In this document: positions 1-12,856 of the stretch, one piece after another
How the letters are laid out: each line of letters opens with the position of its first letter
How positions within the stretch are numbered: position 1 is the stretch's first letter
Origin: Podarcis gaigeae
Taxonomy: Eukaryota
Length of the DNA stretch: 64,000 bases
NCBI GenBank assembly: GCA_964106915.2
Contig: OZ066916.1
Direction: 5' to 3' (one strand)
Position numbers and translations under genes: made by a program
The notes under the pieces: model-generated
Database searches by the model: none
What the model saw: the letters and a program-made list of their open reading frames with translations, nothing else
What the model was told of the DNA's origin: nothing

Positions 1-454
1 GAAAACAAGGTAGCCAATTGGGAGGTGCTGCCTTCCCCTCATGCTGATGGAGAACAAGGCAGCTGGTTGCCCTCACTTCAAGGCACCATAGTACTACCTT
101 CCCCTGGCAGTGAGGCAGAGCAGCTTTTCTCAGTTAGCAGGACAGCAGCAGCAGCCACAGTGTCCAGTACATTTTCGCTGGCTACCACCACTGGCTGTCC
201 GCTGTCCCCCTATCCCCATCCCTTCCAACTCAAACCATGCAGTGGAGGTGACTCCACTTTGTCTCCTTCCCCCACCTATCCGATCTCCATGGCTGCTCCT
301 TCCTTCATCCCCACACCTGGTCTCCAATTTCAGACATCAGGATATATCGGAATATCAGGATGTTTAACTGCTGATATATCATGATGTTGAAAACCAGATA
401 TCACTCAGCCCTAGTCTGCTTTTTGGTACAGTGGTACCTTGGTTCTCGAACATA

Positions 455-1603
455 ACGTTAGCAGTAATGAGGAAAAGTCCTTTTGTGGATCAGGAACTGG
501 TTACCGTTATATAACAACATGCAGAGAGTAGGAGTAAATGAGGCAGTTCTCCCAGTGGAAGGATGTAGAAAGTGGAGGTCCCTCAAGGGTCAGTAATGAG
601 ACCTGTACTTTAATGTTCATACATAATCTATAGTTAGAAGCGAGGAGTGAGGTGACCAAGTTTTTTACGATACTGAATTGCTCAGGGTGGTTCAAAAGTG
701 ATTGTGAAGAGCTCCAAAAGCACCTGAGAGAATGGATAATAAAATGCCAAATACAATGCAATGTAAGCAAGTGTAAAGTGATGTGTGGAGGGCAAACAAA
801 AATCTTAATTTCACATATATGCTCAATGGGTCTGAACTGCTGGTCACTGACCAGGTATGAGACCTTGGCGTCATGGTAGATGGTTCAGTCCAGTGTGTGG
901 CAGCTGTGAGAAAGGCAAATTCCATGCTAAGGATCATTAGAAAAAGGGATTGCTATCGGAATGCCATTATAACAAATCTATGTTGCAGCTGCATTTGGAA
1001 TACTGCATACAGTTCTGGTCACCTCAAAAAGGATTTTGTAGAGCTAGAAAAGGGTAACCAAAATAATTATGGGGCTGGAGCAACTCCCCTACGAGGAAAG
1101 GTTGTAGCATTTGAGCCTCTTTAGTATAGAGAAAAGGTGAGGAAGAAGCATCATGATAAGAGTGCATGAAAATTATGCAGGGCATAGAGAAAGTGGAAAG
1201 GGGAAAGTTTTTCTCTCTTCTCATAACACTTTAAGTCATTGACATCAAACAAAGCTGAATGTTGGAGGGTTCAGAATAGACAAAAGAAAGAACACGGTGC
1301 ATAGTAAGTTTGCTCCCACAGGAGGTGCAGATGGCCACCAACTTGGATGGCTTTAAAAGAGGATTAGACAAATTCATGGAGGACAAGGCTATGGTTGCTA
1401 GCCATGATGTCAGTGTTACACCTCCACTGTCTGAGAAGAGAAGCCTCTGAGTGCCAGTTTCTGGGATTCACAAGTGGGAAGAGTGCTCTTGTGCTCAGGT
1501 CCTGCTTGCAGGCTTCTCACAGGCATCTGTTTGGTCACTGTGAGAACCGGATGCTAGATAGGCCATTGGCCTGATCCAGCAGGTTCTCTTTTATGTTCTT
1601 ATG
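455..1603 (+). mobile_element. CR1 LINE, 5'-truncated and degenerate (RT C-terminal region plus 3' UTR)
   Basis: Frameshifted RT motif SG-VPQGSV..PVL near 571-610, decayed KFADDTKL near 655-680, and a CR1-type 3' end (ggcctgatccagcagg...ttatgttcttatg). Confidence 0.85.
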
Positions 1604-3069
1604 TACACTGTGAATTAATTTAAACAGTATGACCTTCAGCAAAGTGCTGCAGTGCATCTGCTCCTCCTTAGAGGAGAATTCCTGTTGAGGGTTTTAGGTA
1701 ACCAGCTCACCAGCCATGTGTTCCTTCAAGATATTCCATCCCATCCCCTCAGCTTCAAGTTTTCTTTTCCAGCAGACACTTAACCTTTGTGGTCACTGAA
1801 TGTGTTCTGCTCTCATAGTGTTGTCCCTTTAGGGCTTAAAAAAAATATTTTGTATACTTCTGCAAACCACAAGGTTATCTATAATATGTTGATGCCAGCT
1901 TCTTGTTTCTCAGTGGACATGTTTGGGCTGCAAAGTTGCTCAGTACTCACCACCTGAGATCACTGGTAGAGGGAGTCCTCTAGCTTAATCGGTTTGATTA
2001 AGCTGTTTTTCTTTCTTTCTTTTAAATAACAACATAGTTCAGATCCAAAAAAATTACAACTAAAGCAATATTTTAAGGACTTTTAGCATAAGTGAAGAAG
2101 AACTAAATTAATACTTCCACCCAACCCTTGATACCACACAAATTCAGCCAAAACAGATGAAAAAACCATGAAAATTCCTATAAGGATGATGGAAAAATCG
2201 TATTTCCCCTTTTTAAAATACCACCAAGAGAGTGCATCTCAGGTAACTCCTGCAATGTTTGATACTGTCATATGCTAAGGAGGTTGAGCACAGCTATTAT
2301 TATACTACACTAATGAAAGGAGAAATCTTGCCGGCATGGGCTGTGTTTTTGTCCTTTCCTCTTGTGTGGTGTTATGCAGGGAATCACAGGGTGTTTTTTA
2401 AAAGAAAAGAAAAGATCTGAATATGATGATGACATGAGGAATCAACTATTATGCAATCATCATAATGACTGAGGTAATTAAGTAGTACACAAAAAAATCT
2501 ATTCTAAACTCTGCCTCTTGAAAAACTGCAGGAAACCAAAATCTGCAGGGAGCTGGGCACATTTGATTTTGTCTTTCTTCCCATTTGACTCCTGTTTAAG
2601 TCATAAATTTCTCCTCTGCATATGAAATGTGCCAGTTATGAAATTTCATCTCCAACAGTCTTCCCTGTGCCTGATGTTGCACTGATGTGCCAAGACAAAG
2701 GGCTGTTTGTGTAAAACTTGCATCCATGCTGGCTGACTTCTGCTTCCCAGTTTACCTTGCAAAATAAAAAATATACAAGATCCAATTTTTCAAAGTACAG
2801 GGCATTGTAAGCAGGATGGTGGTGCCTATATCACTGAGTTATGTAGAGTTAATACATTCTGAGAAAAAAACTTCTATTCTGTTTTATGCAGCTGTGATGT
2901 TCAGCGAAAAGATACAGTACAACTCTTATGGAATAGTGTTTAAAATAGCACGCATTTCCAGTAATCCCATAAGCAGCAGGATCCTCTCTCAAGATCTTAT
3001 TAAAATAAATGAACCATTCAGTGCCCATCAAAACACCGTAGAAATAAAGAGCTAGTGTAACTTTTGCAC

Positions 3070-3150
3070 TGCAGTCCTATGACACTTACTTGGGAGCAAT
3101 CCACCAACCTCAATAGGACTTACTTCTGAGTATACATGTATAGGATTGCA
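3070..3150. repeat. Short palindromic (MITE-like) dispersed repeat, about 85 bp
   Basis: Inverted ends tgcagtcctat...ataggattgca; related degenerate copies near 21385-21481, 22828-22910, 28283-28352, 29535-29622, 44195-44272. Confidence 0.6.
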
Positions 3151-4366
3151 CACTGTTAATGCACACACACACTACCAGCTTCATGCTGTTGTTTTCACTT
3201 TAGTAGTCTTCAGATGGGATGCCAGATTTAACTTGCACAACAGAGAGAAAGTCACATATTCATCGAAATAGATGAGTTGCTTTTGCTCTCTCTCTCTCTC
3301 ACTCTTTTAACTTTTGTGTTCTTGGAGACATAACATTAAAGCATGAGAGAGACAGCCAGGGAGAGCATGACGTCCTCTAATCCAACAAGTCACCTTCCCC
3401 AGCTCAAACACCAAGTGATTTTCTCTCTCTCTCCCTCTCCCTCTCTCTCTTTCTCCCCTGCCTTATAAGAAAGAAATTGACTTTTGTTTGGAGTTTGTGA
3501 AAAGTGGGACTCGGGGCCCAGTCAATGGGGCTCCCCGCAGCGCACTCTGAGTGGAGCCATCTCAAACCAGTCAGCCACGGCACCAATTAATCCGCCCTTT
3601 GTCAGAGGCCCAGGCCCAGCAGTAGCAGTGGCAGCAAAGGCAACAGCAACCCATTTGGCCATTGTTCGGGCCTTCATGCAATGGGATTTATCCTTTCAAA
3701 GAGCCAGTTTTGTCCCAAAGAGTTCGAGCGGAAGTTTCTCACTGACAATTTGCCCCAAATAGATAGATTTGTCAGAAGCAACCTTTAAAAGGAAAGAAAA
3801 AGGGAAAAAATGCCACATAATTATTATTTTTATAAGATGCATCACTCTCTCTATCTCTTTGTAGGCCTAGTCTGGGCAGGTGCAGTAGGCTAAGAAGAGC
3901 CCATGGTCTGAGGTAGTGTTAAAAATGGGATTGGTGGGATAGATGAGGCGGCTCTGTTCATCTCAAGACAGATGTAGCAAGCAAGCTTCTTTGTACAGCT
4001 GCTTTGACTTCTTAAAGCCGGGAAGGGGGTAGGTTTAGAGTCTTTTACATGTCATTGTCATGATTACTACATAGCATTGCATTAGGCCAGGCAGATTTGG
4101 CAGCCTCCAAATGCTTCCCTAAGAGGTCAATAAGAATGATCCAAACAGGTTCCTCCAAGACTGTACACCAGACATGGTGTTGGCATTTTTGCATAACTTG
4201 ATGCAGCTAAGGAGAGTCTGCCCAGCACAAGAAAAACTGAAAATAGGCCTTTGCTATGTTTTTGAGACTTGTTGTTTTACTATTGCCACTGAATACAGCA
4301 ACTTGTTTGTTCCCAGCAGGAATTACGGAGCAAAATTTGCAAAATCTATAACTCGCTACAGTGGAG

Positions 4367-4521
4367 AAGGGGACAACAGAGGATAAGATGGCTGAACAGT
4401 GTTCTCGAAGCTACCAGCATGAGTTTGACCAAACTGCGGGAGGCAGTGGAAGACAGGAGTGCCTGGCGTGCTCTGGTCCATGGGGTCACGAAGAGTCAGA
4501 CATGACTAAACAACAACAACA
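4367..4521 (+). mobile_element. RTE-BovB LINE 3' end (5'-truncated)
   Basis: BovB 3' signature (aaactgcgggaggcagtggaagacagg...gcctggcgtgctctggtccatggggtcacgaagagtc), (CAA)n tail, TSD acagtggag at 4358-4366 and 4522-4530. Confidence 0.85.
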
Positions 4522-6656
4522 ACAGTGGAGTGAAAGTGGGAGCATCCATTTGGTAAGCTTTGTAGCTCATACAGAACAGCACGTACCTGAACACATGCAC
4601 ATAGGCTAGCAGAAAGATATTGAGATCTGTGAGCTATAAGTCACTTCAAGTAAGATGCAACAGAAGGGCATGGTAGAGACCCAGTACTTGAAATGACAAG
4701 TAGGAAGTCAGGTGCTTATATGCTCTTCAACACAAAAACAAACAAACAAACAAATCATTTTCATACAGAAAAGCTAAATTTCAGAGAGAAGGTGCTTCTC
4801 CCAGCCTTCTCCCTGACCTAGTTGCTCTCTATGTGCAAGAATGTTTTTATAATCATACAGAGGAACATTCAGTTCGGTGAAATTCCAACTGCAATCTGAA
4901 ATTATACACAGGTTTATCATTGTGAGAATAGGCCACAGAGAGAGATCAATTGTTTTAGGGTGACTTCTAGTTCTTTCCTTTCAGAACGAAAAGATATTTT
5001 ACAAATCTCTTCCCCCACCCACAAAGGAGGAACTGGGAGCGATTGTACTTTGTGCCTCAAACACAAATTTTCTGGTAGAAAATTTACTTAACATTCATAT
5101 ATTTTAAAGCGAGTCTCTGAGATCTCACATTTGAAGGGAAGAGATTAAGACAGTCTCCAAAACCAGATAAAGGTGTGAAAGATTTCAAATGATCAGTGGA
5201 GAAGTGGCATTGGCTTGAATGGCTTCCTGGTGCTCTCTGAAGGTTGTTTGGTTGGTCCTAATAAAAATATTTCCCAACTGCAGATCTCAAAGAGTGCTGT
5301 ACGGCTTGATACTTCCTGCCTTAAGGATACATGTGATTCTTTCTCACGTGTATCTGTGGTTATTGTGAAGTATAAGTAGTGACCACAACAAATGTTCTTA
5401 AAATTCATTATGATTGATTGACTGCAATTTAGTCTAGCAATGCCTTTCGGCATTACAGTGAATCTTGTGCCCCGCTACAAAAATTGCTTCTCACCACCCA
5501 CCCCAAATATAAAATTATGTCTTTACATGAGTCCTCACCACCACTTCCCAACAGAAAGACTTATTCCAAGACCCCAGTGCACAGATTTCCCATCTAAATG
5601 AAGCAGATGTTTTACTGGTTGGTCCCGCTTGTACGTTGAGCATTTCCTGACTCTTAGTGTTCATATAATGCACCGGTCTATGTCATCTTTATGAGAAGCA
5701 AACTTTTAATACCACAAAATGTGGTCAAGACGTAAAGAAATGACTTACATAGCAAGTATTACAACTTTTCACAAACTTGTAGCTACTGGAATTTAATGGA
5801 AAGCTTTTGATCTGTCATATAAAAAATTGAAAGATGTCAAGCTTCAAAATTCTGATGCCTCCTATAACCTGGTTTCAGAGAGTCAGGCTGTCAGAATAGT
5901 TGAGTGTGCAGGAAAGGTGGGCTGTGAATAAGTCAGGGGTTACTCAGTTTCAACATGTGCACACTGTGTACGATGTGTGAATAGCAAGTGGGGGTAAATT
6001 TGTGTTTGCCAACTCTCTCCTGAGAGATATCTGTCTCCTCCTATACTAGTTTTTAAATTGGACTTAGAGATCTTTTAATTTTGATCTGCTTTTAGTTATG
6101 ATGCTGGGCTTTGTGGCTTTAATTGTTTGACATCTCACATTATCTGTCTTAAGTTGTTTTACCTGGTTTGTTACGCTAGCCAGAAGAGTGTTTTAGATGG
6201 TGGGTTTTCGTTTTGGATTTTTTTATTCCTAAATGAAATCCACTGTGGTGTTTGAGCTCGTGGTGCCTTTTCTGTTGAGGTCCTTGCTGCTGACTGTGTT
6301 GGCTCAGCTCATTTCCTCCCTCTAGTGAAGAAGTAGGCACCTTGGTTACATATTGTTGAGAATATTTCTTTCACATATGCAGAAAAGACAAAACAGAAAG
6401 GCAAGGACCTGTTGTTTATCCATGAGGTGATTTGCTCCTTTAGTCTCATACAGAGCAAAACCCCAGGTGGCCTTTAACAAGTATTCACTAGTTCAAACCA
6501 CTTGCTGTTAACAGCCTTAAATGCAACAATACTGTATTTAAACAAACAGGGGGAAATGGTTAAGTACTAATCTTCTTGGTGCATTTGCAATCATATTTTG
6601 CTTGCAAAATATTGTTTCACTACATGATGATAATCCTTCACAAATGAACCATTATA

Positions 6657-6875
6657 CAGTGGTACATCGGGTTGAGTACTTAATTCGTTCCAGAGGTCTG
6701 TTCTTAACCTGAAACTGTTCTTAACCTGAAGCACCACTTTCGCTAATGGGGCCTCCTGCTGCTGCCGTGCCGCAAGAGCACAATTTCATCCTGAAGCAAA
6801 GTTCTTAACCTGAAGCACTATTTCTGGGTTAGCAGAGTCTGTAACCTGAAGCATATGTAACCCGAGGTACCACTG
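6657..6875 (+). mobile_element. Tc1/mariner (Tigger-like) MITE, copy A
   Basis: TIRs cagtggtac(a)tcgggtt...aacccgaggtaccactg flanked by TA; internal taacctgaa repeats. Confidence 0.85.
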
Positions 6876-7100
6876 TACCTAGAATGAAAAGTGCTTATGA
6901 CAACACATACCTCTTTGCTGTGACGCCTTGCAGTTGCTTAATAGATATTATGACTTTACACCATGCTCCTCCCATAACTCTGGTTCATTGGCATTCTTGT
7001 TAAAGCAAATAAATTAGAATCTCATGTGTGCTTTACCCATGTGTTTACCATGTCAAATTGTGCTATGATCTGTTATAATAGCAGTACAACCTCTGCTCAT

Positions 7101-7258
7101 ATACCTGTGCTGCAATGAATCAGTGCCACTGGCCATTAACCAGAAGGTTGGTGGTTCAAGCACACCCAGGGAAGGCTGTGGGCAGGATTCCTGCATTGCA
7201 AGGGGTTGGACTAGATGCCTCCTGGGTTTCCTTCCAACTCTACAATTCTATGGTTCTT
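7101..7258 (+). mobile_element. tRNA(Asn)-headed SINE with CR1-like tail
   Basis: Head aligns to vertebrate tRNA-Asn (ttaaccagaaggttggtggttcaagcacacccaggga); tail attcctgcattgca-ggggttggactagatg...cttccaactctacaattctatg. Confidence 0.75.
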
Positions 7259-9232
7259 TGAATGAGTATGCTAAACATACAATGTAAAATTATACATGCC
7301 ACCATAGATCATGGTCTTGTAGTCTCCCTCCGTCATTCTCTCTCACATACGTACACCAGTTTTTTAAGTAGTGAGAAATATTGTACACTTCATTCCACAT
7401 CCTGAATATGGATTTAAATGGAACTTCTACATAATTTCAGACATTGATGAATATATGAGGGCTTCAACAAATAAATGGTACTTTCTATATGCAACAAGGA
7501 CTTCTTTTCCCGGGAAAGATGCTGTGCAGCAGATAGGATGCAGAATCTTTCATCTTCCACAGAGTGTATTCTCCATTTCTGAAAGCTGAGCAGGTGTGCA
7601 TGCAGAGTTCTGTCGCATCACAAATACAGAGCACTCTATAAGCACATCACTGCCTTATAGAATTTTGGGTCATACGTGCCTAGTATGCTTAGAGTGTTTT
7701 CACATCATGCATCGTCTTCTGGAACTTGATTCTCTGTGATCACAAACATACTGAAGCTGTTGTTTATGTAACAGCCTTCCTGGAGGGAGTTAATAAGAAT
7801 TCAGGTGACAACAATCACAGACAAATATTTGTTAGTGGACCTCGTTCCTTTCTAATAGATCCCATAATGTCAGCATATAACATGACTTTTAGGAATTAGA
7901 AAATGTTTTAAATATTATTGGTCATGAATTTCAACACCATAGTAAAAGAACAGTGCCATGAAGATGGAACATTGATCTAACAGTAGCTGTGATATCATGA
8001 GGATAAAGGCTGCTGATTCATTGGCTCTTTGGTATATGACCATACATACAAGCTGTGGGTGTTTTTCTGATTTGATTGTTGTAGGTCTATTAGCTAAGTT
8101 TTAATTGATTATTGGCTGCTGTTTCAGATGGCAATTGTAAGTATTGTGAGCATTATTGACCACCGATAATGGAAAGAACAGAGGAGAAAATTTTAAATTT
8201 TAAGTTGCACGGACCTGATAAGTGAGTATTAGCCATGTGGGTTATTGCGCCAAACAGAAGCAATTTAAAATTGCATTTATTAAATAACTTTGAAACCTGA
8301 TACTTAGGGAGATGCTGTAATATTGCAACCAATTAATTGGCTGAAAGCTGGGTTGCTGGAGGATGCTCCCAAATGTTAATTTGCCCAAATTTTAAACATT
8401 TAAGAAATATTGCTTAGCCTGCAGGTGCCACTGAGTGAAGCTAAAATTACACCCAGAGTCTTTTGCCATGCCTTTGCCAGCCTGACAGGCAGGATTTTAG
8501 TTGCTCCCCGCCCCGCCCCGCCCCCCAGCCCTTGCCCCTGTGCCAGTGCAGGGAGCAGGGAGCAGGGAGCGCTTCACCTGCATAATATCTGTGTGTCAGC
8601 CTGTTGTGCTGTCAAAGGCGGAGAGCCAGGGCCAGGACAAAGAAGAAATAAAAGGTGATAGCAGCCTAAGTGAAGCACGGCTTCCCCCTCTTTTAGCAAA
8701 CACTGAGAGGCTGTTACCCACACGAGGTCCATTTTCTCTGGAAGTAACCTTGGCTGAAGTCACCCATTGAATCAATAAATATACTCCTCAAAGAAGTGAA
8801 TTAACCAGTCAATCCAGACCCCTGTTAGAAGGGAATTTGTCTCCCGATGTACTGGCAGGTCAGATACCAATGGAGGCAGACAAGCCAGTGCAGGGCTGGC
8901 ATTTCCTTTTCTGAAGGCATATATGTGATTAATGGGGCGTTTCATTGCTGCAAGTGAACTGTGGCTGAATTGCCTGCACTGCTTCATCTCTGAATGGAGG
9001 GAGCAGGAGAATGCTTGGTGACTGATAGCTTTTGTTAGCGCAGGCAGCCTGGACTCTGGTATTACTCCTCCCCTTGCCTCTCCTTGAAGATACATTCACA
9101 GAGAGCGAGTGCTTTGCAACTGGTCCTCATGCTTGCCCTGCTGTCAGGCAGCTCAGCTCACCTGGGACTCACTTCTGCACACTTTGGATTCTTTGGACTC
9201 GACTTCCCAAGAAGCTTCTGTCTTGTCCGACA

Positions 9233-9256
9233 GAATGAATGAATGAATGAATGAAT
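9233..9256. repeat. (GAAT)n microsatellite
   Basis: Direct reading. Confidence 0.9.
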
Positions 9257-10006
9257 GGGTGTAGGGTTCCAAAAAGATTCTGTACTTACAATGGAAATTT
9301 GAGGCCAAAGTAGAAGTTATCCTGCCGCAAAAATGGCCTGTCCTTTCCCCTCCATAATCTCTCACAGAACTTTCCCTGTCTCTTGACATCAGGACATTTT
9401 TCCTGCAGCTGCTGTAGGGATATGTATAGAAACTTGGAGAGGATATATTTATTCAATATTATCCTTCCTTCCTCATGTTTGTGAGTTCAGCAAAGTGCAT
9501 CTATTTGCAGCTTAAAATAAGGAAGTTTTGATAGTCTAGTTTTAGTCTTTTAGTTTAAGTGATCCATGATGCTTTAGTGCAGACTGGATTCTCCTGGTAT
9601 TTCCCCTTTTCTCCCCTTAACGCAATCATCACACAGTCTTGTAAACAGTAAATATAACATTTACTCACTTAGAATACTTGTTGAAGAGTAACAGATACTG
9701 CAGCCTCATTCAGGCAGGCTTAAAATGATCATCAGGTTACAAAGACATACTTTAGTCTAGTTTAAAGTGGTGTCTGAGTAATGAAGCTTTTACATTGGTG
9801 AGATGAAGTGCAAAGAGGAAGTGCCCAGCCAGGTGAAGAGGTTGTATGTATGTATGTATGTATGTATGGTCCCTCCCCCTAACAAGGCACTGTGGGTGTG
9901 TCTCTCTGGGTCCTCTCTAGGAAATTTACAGCACTCTGAGCTTCTGCTCCTCTCGTGTGCCTATCCAGCAAACATGCATGGTTGGTTTTTGACTGCATTG
10001 TAAATA

Positions 10007-10215
10007 CAGTGGTACCTCGGGTTAAGTACTTAATTCGTTCCGGAGGTCTGTTCTTAACCTGAAGCACCACTTTAGCTAATGGGGCCTCCTGCTGCTGCCG
10101 TGCCGCCGGAGCACAATTTCTGTTCTCATCCTGAAGCAAAGTTCTTAACCTGAAGCAATATTTCTGGGTTAGCGGAGTCTGTAACCTGAAGCATATGTAA
10201 CCCGAGGTACCACTG
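10007..10215 (+). mobile_element. Tigger-like MITE, copy B
   Basis: TIRs cagtggtacctcgggtta...taacccgaggtaccactg with TA flanks; nearly identical to copy A. Confidence 0.9.
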
Positions 10216-11608
10216 TATCTCACAGCTACTGCTGATCCAAGCAAGGAATTGTGGACTCGAGGGAAATTCTACATATGCTGCTGAAAGGGAACATGGACCT
10301 GCCGTTACCATTTTCAATAGCGCAATGGATTGGGGAATAACATTTGGTTTGGTCTGAATTCCATGCAGCTCAAAGAGCACATAAGCTTAGGTCTGTGGAT
10401 CCATTCTAATCATTCTGATGGATTCTAATCAACCAAAACTTTAATCACCAATTATAATCCTGAATTGCTTGTTTCTCATTCCCTCTGTTTTTGGTTCAAG
10501 TCTTTATTTGCTTGCGCAAATGTAACCAATATGGAACCACCACACACACACAAAAGAGTAAACCCAAACTCCACATAAGTACCAAAAAATCTGTAGGAAA
10601 GAACCATAATTGTGGAAAGGGGTGGGGGGTGTCAAAACAATCCAATGATGACTCAGTGTGCATAGAGTCCACCCCGTGGATGTTTGATAGATGAATGTTG
10701 TTGCATGTCAGGGTGGCCTCAACTCTGCAGACAGGGATTTGCCAGATAGCTGGCAGAGGACATATTTCTACCTGCATATTGCAAGGTCCAGCCCAAGAAG
10801 TGGTGTTCCTCTACCTACGCATCAGACTGTTGGTTTGTGGACTCGGATGACACAGGGCGGTTCCATAAGGCTTCATACACCTGAATCAGAATCCCTCCCA
10901 ATAACCTTTTGCTTTGTTAGGGGGTTGATTCTGGTGGCCACATAGCAGAGGTGACCACAACAAGGCCGTGCAGTCTGGAGAAGCTTGCTGCTGCAAGCGC
11001 CTGAAACAAAACATAACCTGCCATCTCACCTATGCAGTTGATCTCTCCTTTCCCCCTCTTCTTTAAAAGAAAGAAAGAAATCATTTCCTCTTTTAAGCAA
11101 AGGGATTATTTACTGCAAATCCGAAAGCAATAAATACACCATGACCAATTCCGCAAAGAGGCTCACAGCCAAAGGATCTCCCCTCCTCGTTATGTCGTTA
11201 GAGAACTGTAGCCGATTTAATTAAACGTGCTGACTGCTGATCCGCAGCAAGATCTGCGGCGCCTGGGGTAAAAACATCCCCTTGACATGCACGCGAAACA
11301 ATGCCGCCAACCCTTTACATCCCCCCATCGACTGATGGGATTGAACGGGAGGGTCTCTCTCCAGACTCCCCTCCTCCTTTCCGCGCGGACACCCCCCCTA
11401 TCGAAGCGATGTAAAGCCCCCCAAAGCAGCCCCCTTCCCTGGGAGAGGTTAATAAGCTCTTGTTCTACTGACAGAGCCTCTGATTGGGTTTAAAGTTCGA
11501 GTTTAGTAATCTCTTAAAGATCAGGGGCTCGGATAATGGCTCTCTTTGACTAGGTCCTTTTTTATCGTTTGGGGGCTGAGAAGATGGGGGGGCAACTTAG
11601 GACGAGCC

Positions 11609-11610
<2 letters not shown>

Positions 11611-11640
<30 letters not shown>
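11611..11640. repeat. (GT)n microsatellite
   Basis: Direct reading. Confidence 0.95.
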
Positions 11641-11644
<4 letters not shown>

Positions 11645-12175
11645 GAGGGACTGCTGCAGATCTGGGTAAGAGCCCCCCATCCTCTGAGCAGAAGGGTCTA
11701 CTTTGGTCCCCTGTGGAATGAAGCGGCAGAATTGGAACCACAGCTTCCACTTACTGACTGTCTGAGGGTATCCTGCAGAATTGCTTGATCCCGGGATCCC
11801 AAATAAGGAGCTTCCTTTAAGAGGCTGGTGTTAGTTCAATGAAATTTTCTGAAATCGTGGTGGCGCTGGGGTTACCTGCTAGGAAAGGTTTGTGTTCTGG
11901 AATAAGAATTCATTGCGTATCTTACGATGGATTGTTAAATCTATTGTTTTAACCATTCGCTTTGGTTGCATTATAACAAGCCTTCGGGGTTCAAAAGATA
12001 AAAGACGGGGGATAAATATCCAAGTTTGCATAAAGTACATTAAAAAACTTTCTCATCCAATTGAAATAAATCTCAAGTACAGTGGTTTGTGGAAATGGGA
12101 TCAGATCTGTTGCCCGTTGGTGTTCAGTTCTGTGGGGATGTCCAGTCTTGATGAATAAACTCTTCCCCCTGGGAT

Positions 12176-12545
12176 CAAAACAAAAAAATTCCTTCCAGTA
12201 GCACCTTAAAGACCAACTAAGTCAGTTCTTGGTATGAGCTTTCGTGTGCATGCACACTTCTTCAGATACACTGAAACAGAAGTTTCCAGACCCTTCTATA
12301 TAGTGAGAAGGTGGGGAGGGGTATTACTCAGAAGGCTGGTGGGAATGGGTGATTGGCAGATAGCTGTGATGAGCCTGTTGATAACGACTGCAATAGGTCT
12401 TACAGGAAGAAGCAAGGGGTGAAAAGGTGAAAAATGGCTTTGTCATGTATAATGAGATAAGAATCCAAGGTCTTTGTTCAGGCCAGGTTTCTCCATGGTT
12501 TTAAGTTTAGTGATAAGTTGTAATTCAGCAGCTTCTCTTTCCAGT
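12176..12545 (-). mobile_element. Penelope-like element 3' fragment (GIY-YIG endonuclease C-terminus plus UTR with hammerhead)
   Basis: Minus strand 12544-12443 translates LEREAAELQLITKLKTMEKPGLNKDLGFLSHYT*, typical of the PLE endonuclease end; probable TSD ccccctgggat (12165-12175) / ccctctgggat (12546-12556). Confidence 0.8.
12232..12269 (-). ncRNA. Minimal type I hammerhead ribozyme motif
   Basis: Minus strand GUAU-CUGAAGA-A-GUGUGCAUGCACAC-GAAA-GC-UC-AUAC: conserved core, stem I GUAU/AUAC, hairpin stem II, palindromic AGCU stem III. Confidence 0.8.
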
Positions 12546-12719
12546 CCCTCTGGGATATCAGAGATGGCTACCATTAGAACTCAGCCATAGCAGGAGATGG
12601 GGGCTCGGGGAGGGACGCAGGATTAAGGCCACCTGTTTAGAGCGAAGACTCCGCGTTTCGGAGTGGCTGCTTGTTCCAGGTTGGGATGAGATGGGGAACT
12701 TAGATCATACGGACTAGTC

Positions 12720-12856
12720 CAGGCGTAGGCAAACCTCGGCCCTCCAGATGTTCGGGACTACAATTCCCATCATCCCCGACCACTGGTCCTGTTAAACTAG
12801 GGATTATGGGAATTGTAGTCCCAAACATCTGGAGGGCCGGAGTTTGCCTATGCCTG
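12720..12856. mobile_element. Palindromic hAT (Buster/Charlie-type) MITE
   Basis: TIRs caggcgtaggcaaac...gtttgcctatgcctg; perfect 8-bp TSD gactagtc at 12712-12719 and 12857-12864. Confidence 0.9.

Noticed and set aside
25-384. 119-aa ORF at the window start
   Set aside because: Ser/Pro-rich, GTG start, no domain or splice support
6657-6875. Regularly spaced taacctgaa repeats as a CRISPR-like array
   Set aside because: Eukaryotic MITE-internal repeats bounded by TIRs; spacers are shared between copies and there are no cas genes
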